DNA of 64,000 nt from an uncultured Gammaproteobacteria bacterium (GCA_964553825.1 CAZKLT010000001.1:126989-190988); one strand, 5' to 3'. Shown: positions 49,075 to 59,017, counted from the stretch's first letter. The notes: generated by a model from the sequence alone, not told the origin. A program made the numbers and translations.

Positions 49075-49560
49075 ATGGCAAAAGACAAAACACAGCAGGA
49101 ACGAATAGAGGAAGCGGCAACACCGACAATCTCGTATTATGAAGCAGTTGGCCGCCGTAAGGAGTCAAGCGCCCGCGTGCGTCTGTATGTTCTGAACGAT
49201 GGCGCAATTACCATTAGTGGCGTATCGGTTGCCAAGGGAGCCATGATCGTGAACGGAAAACCGGTTGAGCAATATTTCCCAGGTGAAGTACTCAAGAAGA
49301 TGTACCAGGAACCATTCCGAACGACTAATACGTTAAACCGTTTTGCCGTTGCCGTGAAGGCTGTTGGTGGCGGATTATCAGGACAGCTTTCCGCTGTTAT
49401 CCATGGCATTTCCCGTGCGCTTGAGAAGGTTGACCGGGAGAAGTTTCGCCCGATTTTGAAGAAGCGTGGATTCATGATGCGTGATCCTCGTGCCAAGCAG
49501 CGCCGCAAAGCTGGATTTGCCGGAAAAGCGCGTGCCCGCAAGCAGTCCCCGAAGCGCTAA
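49075..49560 (+). CDS. rpsI: 30S ribosomal protein S9
   Basis: GRRKESSARV, GGGLSGQ, RDPR and C-terminal SPKR. Confidence 0.98.
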   Translation: MAKDKTQQERIEEAATPTISYYEAVGRRKESSARVRLYVLNDGAITISGVSVAKGAMIVNGKPVEQYFPGEVLKKMYQEPFRTTNTLNRFAVAVKAVGGGLSGQLSAVIHGISRALEKVDREKFRPILKKRGFMMRDPRAKQRRKAGFAGKARARKQSPKR

Positions 49561-49629
49561 GCAGTCGTCATGTGTCAAGGCGGCATTTCCCTGTTTTCAA
49601 AGTTCCCGTTGAGGATATAGGATACAGGT

Positions 49630-49977
49630 ATGCAACGGTTCATCCTCAGTATTCCTACGTTCTGGCTTATCTATCACATGTTTACCCTTGGCGTGTCCCA
49701 TAGCATGTTTTCGGGATATACCGGAGAGAGCTTTGCCTTTTTAGCGAGTATAGGGGCGCTTGAGACATTTACGATGTGGAGGAATGCGTTTTACCTCGGG
49801 TATGGGCTCATCCTCCTTGCTATGGGAATACAGATAGTGACGAAACCGAAAAATTCTGCTCTTCCCGCTTTTACTTCATCAGTTATCTCATCCGTCGTCA
49901 CCGCAATTATATTCACGACGTTTTCGTATGCGATTGCTGCGATGCTGCTTGACGCATACAAGCTTATGGTACAATAG
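49630..49977 (+). CDS. Hypothetical 3-TM membrane protein
   Basis: Hydrophobic 115-aa ORF; TAGGAT 6 nt before ATG. Confidence 0.6.
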   Translation: MQRFILSIPTFWLIYHMFTLGVSHSMFSGYTGESFAFLASIGALETFTMWRNAFYLGYGLILLAMGIQIVTKPKNSALPAFTSSVISSVVTAIIFTTFSYAIAAMLLDAYKLMVQ

Positions 49978-49991
49978 CCGCAGGAGGAACT

Positions 49992-50741
49992 ATGGAAGCT
50001 CTTTTTTGGCCTGTCGGACTTTTTCTTTTTATCCTCGTTTTATCTTCACTTAAGCAGGTTAATGAGTATGAACGGGCAATACGTTTTACGCTCGGGCGCT
50101 TTACTGATGTTATCGAGCCGGGGTGGCGTATCGTTTGGCCAGTTTTCCAGACATGGCAGAAGGTCGATATCCGCACAAAGGTTGTCGAAGAACCCAATCA
50201 GGAAGTGATTACCAAAGATAACGTTTCTACAAAAATTACCGCCGTGATTTATTACAAAATCGTTGATGCGAAGCGGGCAGTACTGGAAGTGGAAAATTTT
50301 TATTGGGCGGTTTCTCAGTTGGCACAAACAACAATGCGAAATGTGATAGGAGAGGTAACACTTGATCAGCTTCTAACCCAGCGTCATGATCTTGCCGTGA
50401 AGATCCGAGATATCGTGGAGAAATCCGCAGGTCATTGGGGTCTGGACGTCTCGAGCGTCGAACTGAAAGATATCACCCTTCCCGAGTCAATGGTCAGGAC
50501 GATGGCCAAACAGGCCGAAGCGGAGAGGGAGAAGCGGGCTACCATTATCAATTCTGAAGGCGAGGTCATTGCATCCAAAAATTTGGCTCAGGCTGCCAAG
50601 ACGATGGCAGCGACTCCGGGAGCACTGCATTTGCGCACGCTTAACTCTATTAACGATATTTCATCGGACCAGAGTAACACGGTTGTATTTGCCGTGCCTA
50701 TGGAGATACTCCGGGCTATTGACGGCATGAAGAAAAAATAA
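49992..50741 (+). CDS. SPFH/band 7 (stomatin/slipin) protein
   Basis: YERA..TLGRF, QEVITKDNV, AQTTMRNVIG and QAEAEREKRA. Confidence 0.93.
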   Translation: MEALFWPVGLFLFILVLSSLKQVNEYERAIRFTLGRFTDVIEPGWRIVWPVFQTWQKVDIRTKVVEEPNQEVITKDNVSTKITAVIYYKIVDAKRAVLEVENFYWAVSQLAQTTMRNVIGEVTLDQLLTQRHDLAVKIRDIVEKSAGHWGLDVSSVELKDITLPESMVRTMAKQAEAEREKRATIINSEGEVIASKNLAQAAKTMAATPGALHLRTLNSINDISSDQSNTVVFAVPMEILRAIDGMKKK

Positions 50742-50748
50742 TTCTCAG

Positions 50749-50822
50749 TCGGGGTGACTCGACTTGAACGAGCAACCTTTCGCACCCCATGCGAATGCGC
50801 TAGCCAATTGCGCCACACCCCG
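50749..50822 (-). tRNA. tRNA-Pro(GGG)
   Basis: Reverse complement folds to a cloverleaf: CGGGGTG/CACCCCG acceptor stem, anticodon loop ATGGGGT, TTCAAGT T-loop; CCA not encoded. Confidence 0.96.
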
Positions 50823-51055
50823 TTCATGGAGAGAGACAACTTCGTTCTCTCTATCGTTTTTCCTATCAACGTGTTGCGAAGTGCTGCTCTTTATGCACGT
50901 CTTCGCAACGGATTGGTGAACGACTGTATTATTTCTTGTAAACCGAGAATGGGGTCTCGACTACGAGAAATCACCGTTGTTGTATTCTATCATTTTTTGT
51001 GTAAAAATGGGATTTACTTCAAACACCTGCCCCAACTTGTTGAAAGGAGTCTCGT

Positions 51056-52093
51056 ATGCCAGTTGACGCAAAACTTCAAGCAATACAACTTGCCATGGAT
51101 CAAATCGAGAAGCAGTACGGCAAGGGTTCCATCATGAAATTGGGAGAAAAACAGGCGAGCCGTATGGCTGTCGACTTCATACCTACGGGAGTGCTGCCGT
51201 TGGATCTTGCTCTGGGCGTCGGTGGTCTTCCGCGGGGACGCATTGTTGAGATTTATGGCCCTGAGGCGTCCGGGAAAACGACCGTTTGCTTATCGACGAT
51301 CGCAGAGGCGCAAAAGGCAGGAGGAGTAGCTGCATTTATCGATGCGGAGCATGCGCTTGATCCTCAGTGGGCGGAGATTTTGGGCGTAAAACTTGATGAT
51401 CTTCTCATTTCTCAACCGGATACAGGGGAGCAGGCACTTGAGATCGCAGAGACGCTTATCAGAAGCGGTGGTGTTGATGTCATCGTGATCGATTCTGTTG
51501 CCGCGCTGGTACCCCGGGCAGAAATAGAGGGGGAGATGGGCGACAGTATGATGGGCGTGCACGCACGGCTTATGTCCCAAGCCTTAAGAAAACTGACTGC
51601 TGTTATTTCCCGATCGAAGGCAGTCGTTATCTTCACGAATCAACTTCGCCAAAAGATCGGCGTTATGTTTGGCAATCCCGAAACCACGACGGGTGGCATG
51701 GCACTTAAATTTTACGCGAGCATCCGCATGGATTCCCGGAAGATTGAAAGCTTGAAAGACGGAGATCGGGTTATTGGCAGCAGACATCGTGTACGGGTCG
51801 TGAAAAATAAAGTATCTCCTCCTTTTCGCGTTGCTGAGTTCGATGTCATGCATGATGGCGTTTCCAAGGAGGGCGGACTTCTCGATGTTGGAATCGAGTT
51901 TGGCATATTGACCAAATCGGGCGCATTTATCAAACATGGTTCTCAGATGCTGGGGCAGGGGAAAGAGGCAAGTAAGCTTTTCCTGAAGGAGAATCATAAG
52001 GTAGCCAAGGAAATTGCTGATGCAATTTGGAAAGCAGTGAAATCCGGCAATACCCATGCCAAGGTAGCAGTAGCAAAAGAATCAGAGGAATAA
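51056..52093 (+). CDS. recA: Recombinase RecA
   Basis: [25 protein letters not shown] and [11 protein letters not shown]. Confidence 0.99.
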   Translation: MPVDAKLQAIQLAMDQIEKQYGKGSIMKLGEKQASRMAVDFIPTGVLPLDLALGVGGLPRGRIVEIYGPEASGKTTVCLSTIAEAQKAGGVAAFIDAEHALDPQWAEILGVKLDDLLISQPDTGEQALEIAETLIRSGGVDVIVIDSVAALVPRAEIEGEMGDSMMGVHARLMSQALRKLTAVISRSKAVVIFTNQLRQKIGVMFGNPETTTGGMALKFYASIRMDSRKIESLKDGDRVIGSRHRVRVVKNKVSPPFRVAEFDVMHDGVSKEGGLLDVGIEFGILTKSGAFIKHGSQMLGQGKEASKLFLKENHKVAKEIADAIWKAVKSGNTHAKVAVAKESEE

Positions 52094-52594
52094 GTGGATA
52101 ACCCGTACTATGATCGGCTGATTGCCGCCGCACTTCGATTTGTTTCGTATCGTCCGCGCAGCGAGACAGAGTTGACCGATTTTCTCCAAAAAAAATTGGA
52201 ACGCTGGAGCGTTGCCGGCGATCTTCTTTTGGAGAAAGTGAAAAACCGTATGCGGGAGATGGGCTATATTGATGATGACAAGTTTATCCAGTGGTGGATT
52301 TCCCAGCGTATGAGTTTCCGGCCAAAGGGAATGCGGGTTATATATATGGAGCTTCAGAAGAAAGGGGTCTCGCGTACAAGGATTGATGCCGTTGTTGCGC
52401 AACTCTCAAAGAGCGACCAGTTCGATGAACTGGACGCAGCGCGTAAAGCGATGTCGAAAAAGATTGCCCTATGGGCGAAATTGCGGCCTATTGAATACAA
52501 AAAGAAAATGTATACTTTTTTAGCTCAGCGTGGGTTTTCATCTTCAATTATCAGCCGCATCATTGACGAACTCGGTCAAAAAGACTACAATTAA
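52094..52594 (+). CDS. recX: RecA regulator RecX
   Basis: SYRPRSETEL, GYIDD..F, ELQKKGV and FLAQRGF; directly after recA (GTG start). Confidence 0.9.
   Translation: MDNPYYDRLIAAALRFVSYRPRSETELTDFLQKKLERWSVAGDLLLEKVKNRMREMGYIDDDKFIQWWISQRMSFRPKGMRVIYMELQKKGVSRTRIDAVVAQLSKSDQFDELDAARKAMSKKIALWAKLRPIEYKKKMYTFLAQRGFSSSIISRIIDELGQKDYN
52563..52591 (+). promoter_or_regulatory. rny promoter inside the recX 3' end
   Basis: TTGACG-N17-TACAAT. Confidence 0.65.
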
Positions 52595-52774
52595 CGTACC
52601 AAAAACGGAGGTTTTTGGAGAGACTTTTGTTTGAAAAACGTAGCACTAAGGTTTATGACACGATTTTTTAGCGACAAACCTTCAATGAACGAGCCCGTAG
52701 CATAAGGGGCCATTCTGCTGCATTCTTCACTCATAAGTTTCCCCGTAAACTCATTTTAATTTTCGGAGGTTCGT

Positions 52775-54289
52775 ATGTTAGATGTACTCAAAACACTGTC
52801 AGGATTAGTAAAGGCAAAAAAAGGGAAGGCTACGCCTCCAATGGCGCCCCAGCAACCTAAGGCCCAGCAGGCCAAGAAAGAGCCTGAGAAGCCGTCAAAA
52901 GCCCCTCTACAGCCTTCTGTAGACACGGAGGCAGCAATACGGCTTGCCGAGGCCAAAGCCCGCGAGATTATCATAGAGGCCAAGGATGAGGCCCTAAAGC
53001 TGCGCAGACAAGCGGAAGATGAGGTACACACCAAGCAATTAGCCATTGATAGGCGTGAGGGTGCGTTAAGTGAGCGGGATAAACGGCTGAGCGATCTGGA
53101 ACAGGCAGTGGAGAAGCGTCTGGCTGAGGTAGAGGCAGCAAAAAAAGAGCAGATTGCAAAACTTGAGAAAGCTGCTCATCTGACGCGGGATGAGGCCAAG
53201 GAGGTCATTTTATCCGCCGTTCGCGATCAGATTCGTGAAGATGTTGCCAAGGAGCTTCGTCAGGCGGCCGAGAAGGCCAAAGAAGAAGCAGACGACAAAG
53301 CAAAGGAAATCCTTGTTGACGCCATGCGTCATGGAGCCACGAACTATGTGCCGGAATATACCGTTTCAGTGGTCAAGATTGCCGATGAAGATGTGAAAGG
53401 CAGGATTATCGGAAAAGAAGGGAGAAATATCCGCACGTTTGAACAGGTTACCGGAGTTGACGTGGATCTTGACGAAGAAGGCGTTATCAGGCTTTCCTGT
53501 TTTGACCCGGTGAGACGGGAAGTGGCTCGCATTTCTCTTGAACGACTGCTTCGGGATGGCAGAGTGCAGCCTGGTCGTATAGAAGAGATCGTGGAGATCG
53601 TCCGAAAAGAATTGGACCGTATTATGTTTGAGGAAGGCCAGAAACTGTGCCACGCAGTAGGCGTCTATAACTTGCCGGCCCCTATCATTGCACAGTTGGG
53701 CAAATTTAAATATCGGTTCTCTTATGGACAGAACATGATCGCCCATACGCTCGAAGAGACCAAGATCGGCATAGCACTTGCTCAGGAAATCGGCGCGGAT
53801 GTGAATACGGTTCGGTTAGGTTGTCTTCTGCATGATATCGGGAAAGTTATCATGGATAAGGAAGGGAGTCACGTTGCTTTAGGGGTCGAACTTCTAAAGA
53901 AATACGGCATGCCTTCACGGGTCACGGACTGTGTCGCACAACATCACGAGGACACCCCGTTTACCTCAGTTGAGTCGATGCTTGTCTATATTGCTGACGC
54001 AATTTCAGGAAGCCGTCCGGGTGCGCGGTACGAAAATCACGAAGACTATATCAAGCGTCTGACCGATCTGGAAGGAATTGCGAAGGCTCACAAGGGCGTC
54101 ATGGAGTCGTTTGCATTTCAGGCTGGTCGTGAGCTTCGGGTTGTTGTCGATCCGGGCAAGGTGGACGATGCCACTGCTACGATTATGGCAAGTGAAATTA
54201 AGAAAGAAATTGAAGAAAAACTTACCTATCCGGGCCAGATTAAGATTTCCGTCGTTCGCGAGCTTCGCGCAGTGGAAGTCGCGAAGTGA
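52775..54289 (+). CDS. rny: Ribonuclease Y
   Basis: Coiled coil, KGRIIGKEGRNIR KH domain, LLHDIGK HD domain and DAISGSRPGAR. Confidence 0.97.
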   Translation: MLDVLKTLSGLVKAKKGKATPPMAPQQPKAQQAKKEPEKPSKAPLQPSVDTEAAIRLAEAKAREIIIEAKDEALKLRRQAEDEVHTKQLAIDRREGALSERDKRLSDLEQAVEKRLAEVEAAKKEQIAKLEKAAHLTRDEAKEVILSAVRDQIREDVAKELRQAAEKAKEEADDKAKEILVDAMRHGATNYVPEYTVSVVKIADEDVKGRIIGKEGRNIRTFEQVTGVDVDLDEEGVIRLSCFDPVRREVARISLERLLRDGRVQPGRIEEIVEIVRKELDRIMFEEGQKLCHAVGVYNLPAPIIAQLGKFKYRFSYGQNMIAHTLEETKIGIALAQEIGADVNTVRLGCLLHDIGKVIMDKEGSHVALGVELLKKYGMPSRVTDCVAQHHEDTPFTSVESMLVYIADAISGSRPGARYENHEDYIKRLTDLEGIAKAHKGVMESFAFQAGRELRVVVDPGKVDDATATIMASEIKKEIEEKLTYPGQIKISVVRELRAVEVAK

Positions 54290-54359
54290 CCGTCAGGTCG
54301 ATCTAAACAAAATTATTATTTGATTTAGATTGTTATAGAGCGATGTGTTTAATGATATC

Positions 54360-54388
54360 TTGACACGACGCGCTGCATCTTCTACATT
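54360..54388 (+). promoter_or_regulatory. HU gene promoter
   Basis: TTGACA-N17-TACATT; AAGGAGGTGA SD at 54451-54460. Confidence 0.65.
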
Positions 54389-54466
54389 GCCTCGTAGATC
54401 CCGTCAGAACGGGAAATTCAAAAAGAAAGCTCGTCTTAATCCTCTGCCCGAAGGAGGTGAATGTAC

Positions 54467-54739
54467 ATGACTAAGGCAGATCTCGTCGAAGTAGTTGCCA
54501 AGAAGGCAAACTTAACCGCCAAAGCCGCACGCGAATCAGTCGCTGCAGTATTTGGATCTATCACGGATGCACTCAAGAAGGGTGACAAGGTAGTCGTTAC
54601 CGGTTTCGGAACGTTCATGGTCCGATCCCGCAAGTCACGAACCGGCCGCAACCCACAGACAGGTGCTCCTATCAGCATCCCGGCCCGAAAGACGCCAGGA
54701 TTTACCGCTGGTAAGGCTTTGAAAAAAGTTGTCCGGTAA
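54467..54739 (+). CDS. hup: DNA-binding protein HU
   Basis: MTKADLV, GFGTF, GRNPQTG and FTAGKALK. Confidence 0.97.
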   Translation: MTKADLVEVVAKKANLTAKAARESVAAVFGSITDALKKGDKVVVTGFGTFMVRSRKSRTGRNPQTGAPISIPARKTPGFTAGKALKKVVR

Positions 54740-54760
54740 TTCAGACACTGTTCAATCCAA

Positions 54761-54793
54761 AGAGGCTCCCTCAATCCTGAAGGAGTCTCTTCT
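54761..54793 (+). terminator. Stem-loop after hup
   Basis: AGAGGCTCC...GGAGTCTCT stem; weak U-tract. Confidence 0.5.
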
Positions 54794-54810
54794 GGTATAC
54801 TAATGCCGTT

Positions 54811-55791
54811 ATGGCAATCTCCGTTTCACATCTCAAGAAGCATTATCAGGTGTATAAGAAAGAGTCTGGTTTTGTAGGAAGCGTGCGGTCTCTTTTTCAT
54901 CGTCGGTATGAGTCTGTACCCGCCGTTTCGGACATTTCTTTTGATATTGATGAAGGGGAATTGGTAGGATTCATTGGCCCGAATGGGGCAGGAAAAACGA
55001 CAACACTTAAATGTTTGTCCGGATTGTTATATCCGACAAGTGGCATGGTTACTGTCTTAGGGTATGTTCCGCAGAAGCGGGAAAAGTCCTTGTTGACACA
55101 GATGGCTCTTGTGATGGGTCAAAAAAATCAACTTTGGTGGGATTTGCCCTCTGTTGAGACATTTCTCCTGAACAAAGAAATATATGAAATTCCTGACGAC
55201 ACCTATAAAAGGACACTCGGGGAACTTGTTGAATTATTGGACGTCGGTAAACTTCTTGATATTCAGGTTCGAAAGCTTTCCTTAGGCGAGCGGATGAAAA
55301 TGGAACTTATTGCAGCACTCATACACGCTCCAAAAGTATTATTTTTGGACGAACCGACGATAGGCCTGGATGTGGTGATGCAAAAAAATATGCGTGATTT
55401 CATCAAGCAATATAACGAACTGCATAAATCAACAATCCTTCTGACCTCACATTATATGGAAGACGTCAGACAGCTGGCGCGTCGTGTTATTGTCATCGAT
55501 CACGGGAAAATTCTCTATGACGGGAAACTTGACAGTCTTATTAAGAAATTTGCCAAATATAAATTGCTTTCCGTTGTTCTTGAGGAGTATGTGCCTCCAG
55601 ATACGTTGAAAGAAGTAGGCGAACTCGTAAGCTATACGTTCCCCAAAGCAGTTATCCGGGTAGCCCGCAATGCGTCAAATGTGGCGGCGGCACAGCTCCT
55701 GCAGAAATTTCCGGTTGATGATTTGAATATAGAAGAACCGGATATTGAAGATATAATCCGTGATGTGTTTGGGTCCGCCGTCAAAAAATGA
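54811..55791 (+). CDS. ABC transporter ATP-binding protein
   Basis: GPNGAGKTT, LSLGERM, FLDEPTIGLD and TSH. Confidence 0.95.
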   Translation: MAISVSHLKKHYQVYKKESGFVGSVRSLFHRRYESVPAVSDISFDIDEGELVGFIGPNGAGKTTTLKCLSGLLYPTSGMVTVLGYVPQKREKSLLTQMALVMGQKNQLWWDLPSVETFLLNKEIYEIPDDTYKRTLGELVELLDVGKLLDIQVRKLSLGERMKMELIAALIHAPKVLFLDEPTIGLDVVMQKNMRDFIKQYNELHKSTILLTSHYMEDVRQLARRVIVIDHGKILYDGKLDSLIKKFAKYKLLSVVLEEYVPPDTLKEVGELVSYTFPKAVIRVARNASNVAAAQLLQKFPVDDLNIEEPDIEDIIRDVFGSAVKK

Positions 55792-56582
55792 AAGCGTATC
55801 TCCAGATAATTAAAAGCACGTGGGCAGAATACATGACCTATCGACTCAATTTCGTCATGTGGCGAGTCCGGATGGTTATGCAACTTCTTATCACCTATTT
55901 CCTGTGGTGGGCCATTTTTGGTACAAAGGACGAGTTTTTCGGATACAGCCAGACGATGCTTCTGACATATGTTTTGCTTACTTCGATTGTCCGGACCATT
56001 GTATTGGGTACGACGACCATGGAAATCGGAGACCTGATCAATCAGGGCAATTTATCCAATTTTTTGGTTAAGCCGCTCGGATTTTTTTCCTATTATGGCG
56101 CCCGGGATGTCGCTGACAAGGCGCTCAATTTTTTCTTTGCCCTTGGCGAATTTATTCTGCTTTTTATTCTGTTGCGGCCTCCCGTTTTTGTCCAGACTGA
56201 TCCGTTGTACCTTGGGCTTGCTATTGTTGCCGTTATCTTGGCCATGCTTTTGTATTTTTTCTTTAGCCTTACGCTTGGATTTTTGGGATTCTGGACTCCG
56301 GATGTCTGGGGCCCGCGGTTTATCTCATTTGTTGTGATGGAGTTTTTTGCAGGAAGCCTGTTTCCGCTCGATATTCTTCCGAAAACACTCTATATGATCA
56401 GCCAGATGTTGCCGTTTTCCTATTTTATTTATTTTCCCCTGAAGATTTACACGGGACAATTATCCACGCCAGATATTGTGCAGGGACTGGGGATTGCCGC
56501 TGCGTGGGTTGTCGGACTATGGTTTATCGCGACACGTATGTGGAACAAGGGACTGCAAGTGTATACGGCCGAAGGAAAGTGA
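55788..56582 (+). CDS. ABC-2 family permease (DUF990-type)
   Basis: YRLNF, GNLSNFLVKP and GSLFPLDILP; 6 TM. Confidence 0.88.
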   Translation: MKAYLQIIKSTWAEYMTYRLNFVMWRVRMVMQLLITYFLWWAIFGTKDEFFGYSQTMLLTYVLLTSIVRTIVLGTTTMEIGDLINQGNLSNFLVKPLGFFSYYGARDVADKALNFFFALGEFILLFILLRPPVFVQTDPLYLGLAIVAVILAMLLYFFFSLTLGFLGFWTPDVWGPRFISFVVMEFFAGSLFPLDILPKTLYMISQMLPFSYFIYFPLKIYTGQLSTPDIVQGLGIAAAWVVGLWFIATRMWNKGLQVYTAEGK

Positions 56583-56583
56583 A

Positions 56584-57372
56584 ATGAGAAAAATTGCCAA
56601 ATACATTCATCTCTGGGGAAAACTTACGGTAAATTCCTTTATGGCGGTTCTTTCCTCTCGCTTTGGTGCGTCTTTATTTCTTATCGGTAAAACGCTTCGT
56701 TTTGCCTTTTTCCTAATTTTTCTTCTTACGTTATTTACTCAGACTGAGCTTTTGGCATCCTATTCACAGTCGCAAATGCTCTTTTTCTTTCTTACGTTTA
56801 ATTTCATCGATACGCTGACTCAGTTATTTTTCCGTGAGGTCTACCGCTTCCGGCAGATGGTTGTTTCGGGAGATTTTGACCTGGTCCTTATTAAACCCAT
56901 GAGTCCGCTATTTCGGGCGCTTGTCGGCGGAGCCGATCCGCTTGATCTTCTGATGCTTATACCGTACGTGGGAGCGCTTGTGTATGTCGCCCTTCAGCTC
57001 AATGTTACCGTCGGCGGTGCGTTTCTTTATTTTCTTCTCCTTCTGAATGCGCTTGCGATAGCGTCTGGATTCCATATTTTCGTCCTTGCTCTTGCCATTC
57101 TTACAACGGAAATCGATCATACGATCATGATTTATCGTGATCTCACCAGTATGGGACGAGTGCCGGTGGATATTTACCGTGAACCGCTGAAATCGATCAT
57201 TACGTTCGTTATTCCCGTAGGCGTTATGATGACGTTCCCCGCAAAAGCGCTGTTGGGATTATTATCACCGGTCTTTATTCTTGCATCGTGTAGTATCGGA
57301 GGAGCGTTTCTCTTTCTTTCGTTACGGATGTGGAAATATTCATTGTCAAAATATTCCTCGGCTTCAAGCTGA
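56584..57372 (+). CDS. ABC-2 family permease (DUF990-type)
   Basis: GDFDLVLIKP, RVPVDIY and YSSASS; start moved to MRKIAK. Confidence 0.88.
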   Translation: MRKIAKYIHLWGKLTVNSFMAVLSSRFGASLFLIGKTLRFAFFLIFLLTLFTQTELLASYSQSQMLFFFLTFNFIDTLTQLFFREVYRFRQMVVSGDFDLVLIKPMSPLFRALVGGADPLDLLMLIPYVGALVYVALQLNVTVGGAFLYFLLLLNALAIASGFHIFVLALAILTTEIDHTIMIYRDLTSMGRVPVDIYREPLKSIITFVIPVGVMMTFPAKALLGLLSPVFILASCSIGGAFLFLSLRMWKYSLSKYSSASS

Positions 57373-57434
57373 TTCTGTGAGATGGGGTTGACGACGGGCG
57401 ATTTTTGATAGATGATATTTTAAGAGATACATCT

Positions 57435-58238
57435 ATGGTTGTAAAAAAGAAACACGTTAAGCGCACGGAAATCGAAGAGCTTGCCTCGACGGAGGAAGCA
57501 CCGAAAGAAGAGCGACGTCCGCCAATTACTCAGGTCGTTGAAGTGGTGGAGGATGCAGGTGAATCCGATGTCGTCTCAGTGGAAGCATCTTCTGATTCTG
57601 GCATGATGGAAGAAGATACGGCAAAACGGTCACAGGAAGATGTTATGGAAGATCGGGTAGAAGCATCGGAAAACGAGAATGAAAAACGCCGTGTCCTTGT
57701 CGACGAATTATTCCAGAAGAAAGGTGAGGCCGAAAAGGGAGATGTCATGCCTGAGATCTCTATACATAAGCGTCCGTCAACGAAGCCGATGGTTATGTGG
57801 GCGGTTGTCATTATCCTTATTTGTATAGTTGTTGGCGGTACGATTTATCTGGCGTCTTCGGGCAATCTCAAGATGCCGTCATTTGCTGCGAAACCAACTC
57901 CGACGGCTACGCCGACAGTTGCACCGACTGCGACACCGGTTCCCGTCGAAGTGAAGAAGGAAGATTTGAAGATTCAGGTTCTGAACGGTTCTGGTATCCC
58001 AGGGGTTGCCGGTAAGCTCAAGACGCTCCTTGAAGAAAAAGGGTACACGGTGAGCGATACCGGGAATGCGGACAACTACGACTATGAAACGACAGAGATT
58101 CAGGTTAAGTCGGGGAAAGACGAGATCCTCAAAGTACTCGAAACAGATCTGAAGGAAGATTATAGTCTGAATGCATCTCCGGAGACGCTTTCTGACGACG
58201 TGCCCTACGACGCCCGCATTATTATTGGGAAAGAGTAA
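57435..58238 (+). CDS. Membrane protein with LytR C-terminal domain
   Basis: Acidic N-terminus, one TM, PT-repeat linker, IQVLNGSGIPGVA..GNA and IIIGK. Confidence 0.85.
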   Translation: MVVKKKHVKRTEIEELASTEEAPKEERRPPITQVVEVVEDAGESDVVSVEASSDSGMMEEDTAKRSQEDVMEDRVEASENENEKRRVLVDELFQKKGEAEKGDVMPEISIHKRPSTKPMVMWAVVIILICIVVGGTIYLASSGNLKMPSFAAKPTPTATPTVAPTATPVPVEVKKEDLKIQVLNGSGIPGVAGKLKTLLEEKGYTVSDTGNADNYDYETTEIQVKSGKDEILKVLETDLKEDYSLNASPETLSDDVPYDARIIIGKE

Positions 58239-58267
58239 CCTTCTGTCCCGCGCTCGTCTTACCTTCT

Positions 58268-59017
58268 ATGAAGTACAAGGCTATTATGCTGGATTTGGAT
58301 GATACGACTGTTCCTCACGGAAAAGGAACGATTCCGTCACCGGCAGTAACCCGTGCCATTACCCGTGCCCGAAAGAAAATTCATGTGTGTATCGCAACAG
58401 CCCGGACGCTCAAAGAATCTCTGAATGTCATGGATCATCTGGAATTATCCGGTCCGTGCGTCGTGACCGGTGGAACCCAAATCTACGATCCCGTGACTAA
58501 AAGCGTCATACACGAAGTCCCGTTACCACCCGATATCCTTCCAAGACTGTACGAGCAGTGCCGACAGCGTGGGATATTGGCGTTTTACTACGACGGAAAA
58601 GAGGATGCTCCGTTTGGTCACGATACCAAACCAACAAAAGCGCTCAGTATATATTTGCCAGAGGTGAATCCCAGTGAGATTGATGTGCTCGTGGATGAAT
58701 TTTCCATTGATCCTCGTATTCGTGTACAGAAGCTGACGGCATGGGATAAGCAATTCATGGCGTTGGATATCACGGCAAGCGAGGCATCCAAGCAGCATGG
58801 CGTTCTTGAGGTCGCCCGGATCCTTAATATATCTACGGATGAGATTATCGGGGTCGGGGACGGGTATAATGATTTTCCGCTACTTATGGCCTGCGGGTTG
58901 AAGGTGGCCATGGGAAACGCCGTGCCCGAACTGAAGGCGATTGCAGATTTTATTGCTCCTACCGTTGACGAAGATGGGGTAGCGACTGTATTGGAAAAGT
59001 TTGTTCTCGCAGTCTAG
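58268..59017 (+). CDS. Cof-type HAD hydrolase
   Basis: LDLDDT, ATAR, SK and GDGYND..VAMGNA. Confidence 0.9.
   Translation: MKYKAIMLDLDDTTVPHGKGTIPSPAVTRAITRARKKIHVCIATARTLKESLNVMDHLELSGPCVVTGGTQIYDPVTKSVIHEVPLPPDILPRLYEQCRQRGILAFYYDGKEDAPFGHDTKPTKALSIYLPEVNPSEIDVLVDEFSIDPRIRVQKLTAWDKQFMALDITASEASKQHGVLEVARILNISTDEIIGVGDGYNDFPLLMACGLKVAMGNAVPELKAIADFIAPTVDEDGVATVLEKFVLAV

Noticed and set aside
50990-51055. LexA box upstream of recA
   Set aside because: No recognisable CTGT-N8-ACAG or GAAC-N4-GTTC palindrome
50588-51137. ORFs 50588-50869 and 50754-51137
   Set aside because: They overlap tRNA-Pro and structured non-coding DNA
52595-52774. 6S RNA upstream of rny (known synteny in some phyla)
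   Set aside because: Only local hairpins; no end-to-end rod with a central bubble seen
57890-57945. Tandem-like repeat
   Set aside because: Pro/Thr linker coding sequence of the LytR_C protein
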